Part shown: in pieces, positions 38,088 to 51,282 of the stretch
How the letters are laid out: each line of letters opens with the position of its first letter
Position numbering within the stretch: the first letter of the stretch is position 1
Made by a program: the position numbers and the translations under genes
Notes under the pieces: generated by a model
Seen by the model: only the letters and a program-made list of their open reading frames with translations
Told to the model about the DNA's origin: nothing
Databases searched by the model: none
From: Paragordius varius
Taxonomy: Eukaryota; Animalia; Nematomorpha
Length of the DNA: 64,000 nt
Assembly: GCA_964247055.1 (NCBI GenBank)
Contig: OZ176056.1
Coordinates: 3,782,001 to 3,846,000 of the forward strand
Direction: 5' to 3'

Positions 38088-38541
38088 TTAACTCGTGAAA
38101 GAGCCGCTTCCAATTTAAGTTTAGGCTTGTATTCTAATATAAATTATCTAATTAAGCCAATTTTAAATAAAGCTCCATGTCAAAACTATTTCGAAGCCAT
38201 TTTTATTTTAAAATTCATAAATGTGTTTTTTATTCTAAGACTAAAATTAAACTATGTTTATTGAATTACATTTAACAAATATAACAGAAAAAATGGATTA
38301 TCTTGCATTTTTCATTTTTGACCAATTTAACACATGTCATGTTGTAAACATTTACCTACAGGTTAATTCAAAAAATAAGTGTTATTAAGAATTTTTAGGG
38401 TTTATCTTTTTTCGGAGCAAGAATGTTTTATGAGTGCAAATTTTTGCAACGGATAATATACCATATTATTTAAAATAGTTGCTTTTCAACAGGCATTGGG
38501 TCACCACCAAAAGACGAAATAAATGTATCGTTCCAAGTGTT
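38088..38541 (-). mobile_element. Older diverged copy of the TTAA MITE family
   Basis: Shares 'ccatgtcaaaactatttcgaagccattttt' and the end '...tccaagtgtt' with the 35167 copy. Confidence 0.55.
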
Positions 38542-39046
38542 GACTAAATTAAAAAAATGGCGGAAATTTTTTGTTTCATGCCCCTAAAAAGCTGAAAATG
38601 CGTATATTTATAAATATTCCAAAACTATTATTATGTTTACAATTTTGGCCTGGGGATATAAAACTATTCCAAAAGCTCTTGAAGTGTTAAAAATCATCGC
38701 GATTCGGGACTCTAGTAAATAAAACTGCAAAAATCTAAGCTTTTTTGTCCAAATAATGCATATTATTACGAGAAATATATTTTTGATGAAAAAATGCGCC
38801 AATCCTATAATGCTTTTGGTTGTTGGATCCAAATAATGTAAGAAAGGTGACATGTTTTTGATAATTTCTCGATATAGAAAATCGCAATAGCGCAGATTTT
38901 ATCAGAAAGAGCAAACAAAAAATATCCTGATTAGAGTATAAATCTAAAAAAATGTATCAGAATTCTTAGGGTGATTCTGATTAAATTATAAAAGCTGTTA
39001 ATTCTCAAGATCAACCGTATTAGCATATTCTATCTGCTTCGTTCAG

Positions 39047-39802
39047 ATATACCATTTGCACTTCAAGAGTGTCCTTGAACACTTCAAGTTGGTCCTTGAA
39101 CAATTCAAGTTGGTCCTTGAACAATTCAAGTTGGTCATTGAACAGTTCAAGTTGGTCCTTGAACAGTTCAAGTTGGTCCTTGAATAGTTTAAGTTGGTCC
39201 TTGAACAATTCAAGTTGGTCCTTGAACAGTTCAAGTTGGTCCTTGAACATTTCAAGTTGGTCCTAAAAATTTATAAAATTTGATTTAACCATAATATTTG
39301 TATTATTCTTTTATATTTTATTATTTATTAACCTAATTTTCTTTATTTATATATTTATTCATTTAAAAATAAAAAATATTATTGAAAAACCACTTTTTTG
39401 TTTAAAACTATTTTTTTCAATTGAACAAAATTATTAACTTTTAAATGTTTTTAATGAAAAATTTTAATTACTAACCCAGAAAACTTATATATTTTTTCAT
39501 TTCATTTTACGATCTTATAAATATCCAAAATTATTTTAAGAAATTAATAAAGATATAGGGTTTCTCAAAGATTAAAAGTTATCTATTTAAAATTTATGTT
39601 AAATAATAGAAAATTGGTTAAAAACAATAAAATAAATGAATTATTAACGATTTGATTTATAAAAGTTAAAAACAAAACAAAAAAGTCAAAGGACCAACTT
39701 GAACTGTTCAAGAACCAACTTGAATTGTTCAAGGACCAACTTGAACTGTTCAAGGACCAACTTGAACTGTTCAAGGACACTCTTGAAGTGCAAATGGTAT
39801 AT
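39047..39802. mobile_element. Foldback-type element: TIRs ATATACCATTTGCACTTCAAGAGTGTCCTTGAAC extended by inverted arrays of a 21-bp unit (aattcaagttggtccttgaac)
   Basis: About 10 units at 39062-39265 and about 5 inverted units at 39690-39790 around an AT-rich core; the outer roughly 33 bp are perfect inverted repeats. Confidence 0.85.
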
Positions 39803-42388
39803 TATTAAACTATATTATACGTATGTTTTATTGTAAAATAGAAAATTATCCGATCAATATATAAAAAGTAAAAGGTTTGTGGGACAACCATAATTTTAAA
39901 ACCGTGATTTCAAATACAACACGTAATTTTGAGGGAATAAAGAGATAAAGTAATTATTCACTCAAACATATAATTAAGTTTGTGATGTAATAGTTTATGT
40001 GGGTAAATATGATTATTTTATAAAAACACTTGAAACTCTAACTTTTGTCCAAATACTTTTCCGTTAAACCAAAATGCAAAATAATATCTAAAATTTAAAA
40101 TTTAAGAGGTTAGCTTCAAAAGTAGCAAGAACCACTATAATATGGAGTTTTGTTTAAATGAACGCAAAAAATGCTGAGCCCGATAGTTTTTAATATATGG
40201 TAGATTTAGACATCAATTTTTTAAGAAATGCATACATGTTAAAAAGTTTAATTTGTAACAAAATTTTTTTAAGCGAGTTTTATGGTATTTGAAAGCAAAA
40301 TAATAATAATAAACACTCTATCTATATATTGATATAACGATTCACATCAGAATTTGATAAAAAAATATATTTAACTTCAAATTTTTTAATCTTTTTGTTA
40401 GAAAACCCACATTTAACTTAAACTACTTATCTAACAAAACATGCGCAAATTTTGTCATTTTATCGAAATTAAGCAATTATTATAAAATGAATATAATTTG
40501 TGGTGATGCCTACCTTAAAGTAGGCGCAAAATCAGTCATAAAGTTTTATGGTGACTGTAGGGCTGGATTAATTTATCCGAGAGTGCCATGAATCCGGCTC
40601 AAATATGTTAGCTTAAATAAAAATTTTAGTTCTGATTGAAGTTTGTGTGACAATGTAAATTGTACACTAATGGTGAAGAAATCACATTTATTAATAACAA
40701 ATATTTTTTTTGTTTATATATATGATAAGGTATTTAGTTAATTTAGTTTAAATAACAATATACATGATAATGTAGCCTTGTCCCATAACACGCTTTCTAT
40801 TTCACTCATTGTTTCTATCATTAAACTTTGATTATGGTATTAATATTTTAGGAGTACAGGGGTGTCTAACACGTGGCCCTCTGAGACTTTATGTGTCGAC
40901 GAAAAAATTTTGAAATCCATATTTTGCAATAGTATGCTGACAAAATCTTATTGAAATTAATACTCAAACAGTTTTTCTAAATAGGTCTATTGGCAGAATT
41001 AAAAAAAATTATATCTCTCCTTTTTGCAATCTTATGTTTGAAATCAAATAAACTATATAGGATGCCCATATATAATTCAGCCCGTCGCTTTTTATGTAAA
41101 AATGGTGGTTGTGAAGCTATTTTTGGACATGCTTCACAATATTGTCAGAAGTGATTCGGGTGGCACCTATAAAATTTCGCTCAAAAGCCGGACATTTAAA
41201 TTAATGCTGTCTACAGCATTTAGTACGTTTCATCGGTGCTGGATAAAAGGAACATATCTATTGGTATTATATAATTCAAATTGTGGACTTGTCATAATTT
41301 TAATATACGCTTTTAAGGAGAACGGGCGAAATAAAATCTGTGTTTAATGATAGGGACACTCTCGTTTTCTATGGCATCAGGAAAAACAACAATCTCAACT
41401 CCACTGCTGGTTCATTAAATCCGTGTATAAATGCAATTCGAATGTGTTCAATTTAATCGAAAATTGACAATTTGACTATCTTTATTTACCCTTATATAGT
41501 AATCAATTCAGTGAACTTTTCCGGGACCCTCCACGAAACAAAAAGAATATTTTTTAAACAGGGATATTAACGGGAGTACAATAATAAAGAATATAAATGT
41601 GTGCATGGGCTGCATTAGGGTAATATAGATTTTCAACAATATCTTATATAGAAATGTGCCTAGAAATTTTTTATAATTGTTGGAGCTTACTCTTTAAATT
41701 TTGCGGATATGGTTATTTTTGGAGACAATTCACACTTGCCACGCTAAAGCAATATTTTGTAGTTCAATGTTCGGTCGTCAGACATGAACAAATTAACCCG
41801 TACATTCCTAAAAATTTAGTAACCATTTATGGTCCTTTTAACAAAATATTTATTGATATGACATTTATAGGAAGCCTAAGAAGGAAAAATATTAAGTGAT
41901 TCCGCGAGTTTCGTAAAAAATTAAATTTGAACAATAAAGTGTCAAAAACTTAAATAATTCTGGTTGCAATGGAACTATATTTTTACCATTTTTTATGAGT
42001 GTGAGGGGTGAACTCTAAAAGAATCCATGAAAGGCTTAATTCCTTAAAAATATGTTTGGAAAGAATTTTTTTATATACGGTCTAACAAAATAATTAACAG
42101 CACGATGCTAAACAAAATTAACACTGATTTATCATTGCTAGAATGTACCATAAATATATTGACTACCACATTACCCTTACCTAGAAATCGATGTTGGGAG
42201 GAAAGGTCATAGGTAACTTTGAAAGAGATTGAAGAAGCAGAAGAACAATGGAAAAAAACAAGTTAAAGTTGGCAGAATTCATCACAAAAGAAAAAAAACT
42301 GTAATTTAAAAATTTTTTATTTACAAAATTTTAAAAATTTACTCTGACACTAAGAAACATATTTATACATGAAAAGAATGATAAGCTT

Positions 42389-42640
42389 CAGACGCGTATC
42401 TAGATGGGGAAGGGGGCTAATGCACTAGGTACCATAGTGGAAGGATTTTAATTTTATTCTAAAAAATAGCTATTTGACTGTTATTTTAAAAAATGCATAA
42501 AAAAAATTCACCCATTTATGAGTGGTCATGACCACGCTTTATATTTGATTATTTTTTTAAAATGCAAGTGGTCGCACGGAGGGGAGTAGGGCGCCATCAC
42601 GGATTCCTGCACTGGGCACCAGAAATACAGCTACGCTCTG
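42389..42640. mobile_element. hAT-type MITE (252 bp) with a perfect 8-bp TSD
   Basis: ataagctt|CAGACGCGTATCT ... AGCTACGCTCTG|ataagctt. Confidence 0.85.
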
Positions 42641-42719
42641 ATAAGCTTGTTTTATATTTCGGATAATAATAATATTTGATTGTTATATGTATATATATAT
42701 ATGTGAAGTAAATATTTGT

Positions 42720-43620
42720 ATGTCCTGCATTGCTACAGTCGAGACTTTTATCAATATTTAAGGTTAACCACTCCATTTATTGCAATTTTTAATTTTAATG
42801 TTGAGTTCTTCCAAGGTGCGTGGGTTATTTGTTCAATGCCCCTTTTACGTGTACCACTAGCTTTAGCCAACATTAAGGATTTTTTCAGTGAATTAGATTT
42901 CATAATGTGGCTAAAGTAGGATAGTTGGGTGCGGGGACATTTTGAGCAATGACATGTCGGGATTGTTTTATTCAAAATTGCATTGTAAGTTTTATCCGTC
43001 CATTTTATTTGTTAAAGATTTCTTCACATCCACATTTCAAAGGAGTTAATAATCCGTGTGTCGGATTTTTTAAGTCCAACCTCATACCCATAGATGAAAG
43101 TTGGAAAAACGATTTCATTTGTAAGTCGAATCTTCGTTTTTAAGTTGACATCATGGGATGCCCAAATTTTGTTATAATTATTTGCAGTCGTTTTGGCCAT
43201 GACTAACTTTCGTTTTATCGAGTACAATTATTATCATTACGTATTAAGCTCCGAGATATGTGTAACTTTTCACTGTAATAGAGTTTTCGTTAACGATTAT
43301 TGTAGCGTTTGTATCTTTCGGGTTTATTGTATTATTTTTGAAAGATTGATCTATGGCCCATATTTTTGACACTCATCTACAAAATGTTGTAGTATAAGAG
43401 TCAATCATTTTGGGTTGTCTGCGAAGATAACCATATCATGTGCATAGTGAATAGAAGTTAAATCAGAGCCTCCAAACTGAACGCCAAATGAATCTGGGAT
43501 GTTTCTCAGCTATGCATCAAACAAGGTGATATGACCTGTCTTAACCCCACATTCACCATAGAGGGATCAGTTACCCCATGATTTGTGGAAACCATAGCTG
43601 TCGAATTTGAATAAATTGAG
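42720..43620 (-). mobile_element. RTE (BovB-like) LINE 3' fragment, a different family from the 22760 element
   Basis: GLRQ..SP, HYAHDMVIFAD (YADD), IKRKLVMAK...KIWASHDVNLKTKIRL..IVFPTFIYG..., FEMW, YFSHIMKSNSLKKSLMLAK.SGTRKRG. Confidence 0.8.
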
Positions 43621-46600
43621 AATATTATGTTAATTAAATGTGTTAAACTGTTTTAAGAACCCATCATGTGATGAAAGGCTTACCGAATTGAGAGGAAAGG
43701 TATGGTATTCCTGCCCTATTCAAAATATGCTTTTACCTTAAATATTGTAATTAACTCCTCTCAATATACTAGTAAACTTTTTAATCATTTATTACAATAT
43801 TTGTAAGCAAGTCTAAATAACCTTTGAACAAGGCTTGAAAATATTTTTGCTTATTACTAATTTTATAATAGATTCTTTTAGGTTACATTATATATTGTGA
43901 ACTGAATATCAACATCCGTAAATCACTGTTTAAATTGTCAAAATAATTTTATAAAGTATTCGACAATTTTAACATTGGGTGTATTCTAACTTTGTTCCAA
44001 TGTACTGCATGTGGTCGATTTTCAAAAACATTTAATTCAGAAAAAAGTGGAATAATTATCAATAAGATTTACGGTAAAAATTGGAATATGCAGGTAAAAC
44101 GTAAAAAATAAATAATTTTTAAAAGTCCAACATATTCTTTAAGCCTTGATTTCTAATTATAAACGGTTGTTTTGGGAAACTTAAAAAATAGGTGAATTGT
44201 GACACACTCAATATACAGTTTTTTGCAGAAAATATTAAGGAAAAAAACGATTGTCCTTATTAAAAAAGTATTTGTCTCGTAGTTTTTCAATTTTTCCCTT
44301 AAAACATAATAACGGATCCATAATAATATGACAATTAAATAATATTTACAGTGTAATTACCATTTGGAATATCAATCCATAAAATTTGCAACGAATATTG
44401 TAAAACATTTTTTTAATCGTTATTACTCTATAATTCACATTTTTAATCACCATTGTATATTTAAAGATTAATTCAAAAAATTAACTAAATGAATATTTAT
44501 TATTTGTCGAACATTTTTTGCAAATTCGTTAAAACAACTATATATTTTATAATATTAAAAAATCATAAAAACATACAAAATTGATCCAAATTACGATTTG
44601 CGTGGATATAAATATGAGTTTTTACAGTTACAATAGTTACATTTATTTAAATAATGCATATAAAATGAAGAAAATAATTTTGAATATCTGTGGTCATCTT
44701 AGATTCCATGTGGTTCCACTCAAGGGGCCAATTCTTGAAACTGTGGCATCACAAATCCCATGTTGCTTCTATAGTTTCCTGAACCTAAAAAAACCTAACT
44801 AACCCCTAATATGCCCTATTATGCCCTAATCCTAATCCTAATCCTACATCTTAAACGCTTAAGATTGGAGCTTCTAAAGATTTAGTTTTTTATTTTATAT
44901 AATAAATTAAATTTGGCTTACCTTGCTTACCTTCAAAATATATTCTAAAAAATATATGGAAAATTAAAATTAAATATAATCATAAAAAATAATTTTTTAA
45001 TGGAACACTATTAAATAATAATATACCCAGATTCACTAAAATTTAAAATTTTATGTTAATTTTTAGATATTAAATTGAATGATAAAATAATTATTAAACT
45101 CACCTGCAGTTTTCGGATATTTCTATTAAAAGTATAAATTAAATTTTAGAGAAATTATAAGTGAAGTTGGTCTTCGAACATCGCAATTCATTTATTTTTA
45201 TTTGTTCATCTTTTTATTCAATTTTAAATATTCTCTCAATTTAATCTAATTTTTAAAACCAATATCAACTTTTTATTATTCCTAAACTGGATATCTTAAT
45301 TAATTTATCATTAGATATAATTATATGATTTGCGAAAGGAATTGAAAAAATACTAAGGTTTCTGAGGGTTTTTTTAATTAAAAATTTTCGTTAAAAATAT
45401 TTATAAGCTCATAAAATTGTTAAATAATATTTCGAAACAAAAAGTTTAAATAATAAATATTAATTTTATACGGATAAACATATAATAAATAAAAGATATT
45501 CAAGGTAAAAAATAAAAAACAGGCAAGAAATCCAAACTTAGAAAATTTAAGTATAATATAGGACCGACTGGAACGAAGGACACTCTTGAAGTTCAAATAA
45601 TTTATAATAATAATTACAGGTCTATTTTAATATTATAAAAATATAAGCAAACCAATTTAAAAAATGACATTTGGTTTCAAATTAATATAATACGATTTAA
45701 AAAAATAAATATTAATAAGTAATGTATATCATTCGATGAATTCAGGATAATCAATATCGGAAGGATATATGCGTTTGTTACAGAAAAAATAATATTTCTG
45801 CTATAATCTAAAATAAAAAATGGCATTTTCAACATACTTGAGGCAGAAAAAAAAACAAATAAAAACGCGTCAACTAAATTTTATTAATTGGAATAATTCT
45901 ATAATATTATGATTGATTATTATACGTTATTTAGATCCAAAATATAGAATTTAAGTAAAACCGCTGGTTAGTGCTTTCGAAATTTACGATTATGCAGTCA
46001 AAAATTTTAATTACATAAAATAGCAAGATTGGATTTTTTGGCTTAAATTTCTTAAAAAAATTGAGTCTGTAAAGGCTTTTTCGTGCATCGAATTAATGTA
46101 AATAAAATTTAAAATTATACGCTACTACCGCCTTGGTAATTTTTAAAAAGGGCTAAAATCAAAATTTAGCGTTAAAAATGTAACATTCCAAATATCATAT
46201 TTTTAAATTAAATAAAAAACTCAATACCCTAATCCAAAAATTTGAAAGTCACAGTGCATATATAAAAAATTTACCTAACTTATTTAAAGCAGTCTGCTGT
46301 TTTTTAAATTTGGCCTAAACCTTTATTATATTTAATAAAACATTATATTATAAACTTTGTGTTTCGATATGCTTTTATAAGCACCTGAAATATAAAAATT
46401 ACATAATTTGATATAAAATCAGATCAGGTCAACAGTAAAAACTAAAATATAATTTTAAAATTACATAATCGCAATTTTTTTGATTGGCACATAAGTGCAA
46501 TAAGTTTTTTTCAGTTTTTGAAAGTTATGGATATTTAATCAATAACATTTTACTTTTATAATTATTTCTTTGACATATATTTAATTGAGGCATGATCTAT

Positions 46601-46792
46601 CGTTCCTATTCGCTCTAAGATATGAAAATGTGATTTTGAAATTTCGGCCAATGGCAAAATTTAATTTTTTTGTAATATTTTAACCGCATTTATTGTGTCG
46701 ATTCATAACACTCAAGATAACTGATGAATGATAATTAAAAATCATTTATATTTTTGATTACAATTTTTCGCACACTATAGAGTTATATTTAA

Positions 46793-47275
46793 CACTTGGA
46801 AACAACACATTCATTTTAGTCCTTCGATTCAAATTGGGGTAGTTAAATCCGAAATATATAAATAAATTTATTTCAAAATACTTGATATTAATTATTTTAA
46901 GCTAAAACCGAAAGGTAAAATTTTAGTCAACGTGACATGTCAATGGTAAAATTGAAAAATAATACAAAATAAACTGCTTTTTCTATTTCTATCAATGTTA
47001 GATATTATTTAAATAAAACGTTAGCATTAATTCCACCCTTAAAATTAAATGAAGACGATATTTTGCTAAAATTTGTAAAATAAAAATGGCGTCGAAGTGA
47101 TTAGACATGGAACTTTTTTAAACAAAATTTTATTTGGATGTTTTGGTATATTTATATAATTTTTATTAGGATAGAAGCATAAATTTAAATTGGAACCGTT
47201 TCCTTCAGTAGTTTTTAAAAATCCCAACTCGAATTTAGTCTGGGGTATTTAGATACCCCAATTTGAATCGAAGTG
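46793..47275 (+). mobile_element. TTAA-specific MITE, 483 bp (internal deletion)
   Basis: TTAA|CACTTGG ... CGAAGTG|TTAA. Confidence 0.85.
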
Positions 47276-47329
47276 TTAAAACGCGGATCATATGGTAATT
47301 TCATATACACTTTGATTTTAATTGGCGTA

Positions 47330-47806
47330 AATAAATACTTTAAACTATATTTAAGTTGATATTTTTAAAAAACTACTGAAAAAAACCGTCCCAATGTATC
47401 ATAATAAAAATATAAATTATCCGAAATATCTAAATAAAGGTTAGTTAAAAAACTTTATTTAAACTACTTGCCATTTTTATTTTACACATTTTCGCAAAAT
47501 ATCGGGTTTATTTAATTTTGAAGGTAAAATTCAAGCTAATTTTTTTATCTCATCTAACTAATATAAACAAAAAAGTGGGTTATTTTGTATGATTATTTAA
47601 TATAGCTAATGGATATATGACTGTCATGTTAACCAAATTTTTTCCTTAAGGTTTCACCTAAAGATAAGTATTATCAAAAAAAAATTTATATATTTCGGTT
47701 TATTAATGTTATATAAGTTCAAATATTTGCCATGATTTCAATTCATCTCATATTTTTTGATACCCCAACTCGAATAAGGGAAAGAAATGTGTTGTATCCA
47801 AGTTAA
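47330..47806 (-). mobile_element. Older diverged TTAA-MITE copy in inverted orientation next to the 46793 copy
   Basis: Colinear with the 35167 copy; ends 'gaaatgtgttgtatccaagtt'. Confidence 0.65.
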
Positions 47807-47971
47807 AAACACAAATTTATAATTTATTGGCTTTTTAAATTCTTAATAGATTTTAAACTGATATAGAGACCTATTTTAAAACTGAATTTCATCTACTTGA
47901 AGACTAGGAAAATTGAAAGGGTTTTGATTACAGAATAATAAGTTGCTGATTTATGAGTCGGATTTGAAGTT

Positions 47972-50900
47972 TCAACTAAGACTTAAAATAAACGGAAAAG
48001 AAGCTTTAAACCAACACATAAAACAAAAATCTCCCAAAATGTGCAAAGTGGAGCCCAAAATATTACATACATATGAATACAATATGCGTGTTAATTGAAG
48101 AATTTTATATATAATATTACTTCTTTTTATAAATCCCACATGCGAATTACAAACAATAAGTTTATATGGAATATTTTGATTCAAATCGGCCATATTCAGT
48201 TCCTTCTCATTAGGGCCCATAATTTTTTTGGGGATCAGCCATGTGGGCGGGAAAAGCTGATGGATGTATTTATAGATATCAGGAAGACTTTCACATTCAG
48301 CATTGTCAATGAAGGTCACATTAACTAAAAAATTACAATTTAATTTTGATCCCACATTTCAATTATAAATAACCTTTGAAAATCACAATCATAACACATA
48401 ATAAATGTGACAAACAAGAAAAGATTAATACTTACATGGGCGAATTAACCATAAACTTTCCAGTTTGACTTTCTTGGTTTCATCCATCAATAAATATTCT
48501 CCATAATCATTTTCGCCAACAATAAATGTCCTGGATATTTTGTCTTCCCCATTTTTAATTATAGCACCCGTTTTGGCAAATTTTAATTCGATCTTTTTTT
48601 GTGGCAAGATCCAGACAATTTCTAAATATATGCATTATTCAATATATTGGGTATCTCAAATATTGCGCTTTTTAATTATATTTTTAAGCTACGTACCTGT
48701 TGGAATAAAGGTAAAGTTTATTATCAACAAGCATTCGCTTGACTTCAAACTATCCTTTAAATTAATATAATTTTGGATTGTCATAATTTTGGTATTTTTA
48801 GCAATCCCACTTTCCGTCAACTGATTTTCATTAAAACAATTAAATGGAAAGATATTTTCAGTTAGCTGGAGTTGCGTAATTCCTTGCATCTTAACATATA
48901 TTTCAATGTTCTCTATAAATATATATTATATATGTGGTAACATCTTAAGCATTAGTATCATAACAATGTATACAGTAAAAATAAAAATTACACAGATAAA
49001 ACGAAAAAAATTAAACGCTATACATACAGTAAATAATTCCAATGTAAAATATATAATTCATTGAGTTACCAATTTACATCTTAATTTTGTTTAAAAAAAT
49101 CTTAGATTTTAAAGTATAGCTCTGTTTTGGTACAAAAAAGGATTTGTCTTTATGTTTTTTTTTACATTTAATCTGTATATTTTTAATTTACTGTAAATCT
49201 TCATAAAAAAATAAATATATTGGTTACTTTGGCGATATACCGTGACATTTGTCATTAGAGTACCACGGTATATTGTAAATTTTTGAGGCTCCATTATGGT
49301 GGCACAACCATTCTCCAGTTTAAGTTCATCTATATCATCATAATTTTTTGGACAAAAGGTAATATGCTTTCCATTTTGTAAAATGAGTTCTTGGTCTATT
49401 GACACATAAAAATATAAATACACTTTTTTTAGTCTATAAATCAGTTTGTTGAAATACCTATGCACGAATTTGAGATTAACTTTTAACCAATAACATATCG
49501 AGTTTATTTTATCATGCACATAAGTAGTTGGTCAATATTTAATTTAATACAGAGGACGAAATCTCAACATGTGACCAAGAAGCAAATTACTCAACTATTT
49601 GATCATAATTAAGTTATAAAAAATGTTTTTGTCAAATACCCGATTTCTTGTGAAGATAGCAATTCAGTGCGATGATATAACCAAAATTAATTTACCCGAG
49701 TCTTAGATAATTCCAAAATTAAAAAACAAGGGCATCATATAGAAACTCATTACTAATTACATAAAAGACTTTTCGTATCCCACAACTAAATATATACATA
49801 TATATTTTTTCCGATTTAACTCAACACTTACCAATTTAAATCAATATTCTTTAACAAACTAAGTATGTCAATCAAATTTAACACAAGATATCTTAAATTA
49901 TTAAAGACATTGAAGATTTTCTCACTCATCTGCCCGAGCTGAAACTAATATTTGCTGAGGCTAAGATAACGCTAAACATAATATGTTTAATTCAAACTAA
50001 TATATGCATATACTTTTAATTATCCAAATCTTAATTATGTAAGTTTTCCCACATGCTTTCATTTCGATTTCTGATTTGTTAGAAAATTCAAAGGTATATA
50101 GATCATCATTCCAAGATATTAATGGTACTGAATTATCATTTGAATTAATGCATTCACTGATACCAGGAATTTTCACTGTAAAGGTTTTTTCCATCATGCT
50201 TGGCAGATAAGCTGAAACTATTTAAAAATGAAAGTATTTAAACATTAAAATTGTTTATATTAGTGTGGGTGATCATCCGACTAATATATCGACTAAATCA
50301 AGTCTAATTCAAAAAACTTGAAAAATATATTTAGGGCATTCCATCCATGGATTTATACAAAATAACTTTACATTTCTATATCATCGGTGTAATGCTTTTA
50401 GGGGGACACAACACAAATGACTCGGGCCAGAAACAATAAATAAAATATTAAAAGGCCTTAAGACTAGATTACGAATAATAGCCCATTAAACAATTAATGG
50501 GGTGAAAAACGAAATAGATGTAAAAAATTATGATAATTAATCTTTTAGTATAAATTTTCTAATTTACCAAGATATTTTACAAAATTACAAATTGGATATA
50601 TTTGTTGTTTTTAATTTTTAAAAAATTTGGAGGGCCCAATGTTGGACACCCCTATTTAAATGATTTTAAATTAAAAAATATCTTATCTCTTAATTACTCT
50701 TAGGAATATATAGAATTATTTACCATTTATTTCTAAACTATAATCACTTGTATAATTTGACAAATTATTTTTATATTTACTAACCAATATTAATGATAAA
50801 GGGTTATGTTTAAAAAACACTGGTTATTTTTAAATAGCAATACTAATCCGATAACTTAACTGTATTTTAACACAATGAAAACTTTACGAATCTATAAGAT

Positions 50901-51245
50901 ATATTGGAATATAATCTAACCTATTGTGTGAACGTCTATTGAACAAATACTCTCTCCGGTTGATATATTATAGATGTATCCTTGGCCAAAAAAATTTGTC
51001 ACCTTCGTAATGATTGAACCATTAGTGTCTAGGACATCCAATTCATATACATAAGTAGCTGTATCATCCTTCATAGAAACTTTGTAGGTAAAGTTTTGCA
51101 TATCATTTGGATTTCGATATTTTAGAGGCTTTAAACAATTAATTGCCGTCGCATTTGACACAGGAATAGGATGATAAACTAAACATTGTTAAAATTATTA
51201 TGTTCCATTACTTTTTGATTATAGTTTTATTTCCTCTAATGGATT

Positions 51246-51282
<37 letters not shown>

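Noticed and set aside
39062-39265. CRISPR-like appearance of palindromic direct repeats
   Set aside because: Units are contiguous with no unique spacers, there are no cas genes, and the context is eukaryotic.
39020-39266. ORFs made of FKDQLEL, SRTNLNC or SSWSLNS heptads (also 39583-39780)
   Set aside because: Translation artefacts of a 21-bp DNA repeat that is open in several frames on both strands and mirrored as an inverted array; no splice context.
41050-41900. Slightly GC-richer, protein-like stretch (ORFs 41102-41347 and 41654-41899)
   Set aside because: Multiple stops in all frames and no recognisable motif; cannot be supported as a gene or assigned to a TE class by eye.
44783-44845. 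CCTAA/CCTAAT repeats resembling telomeric sequence
   Set aside because: Only 3-5 irregular units at an internal position; more likely part of a repeat relic.
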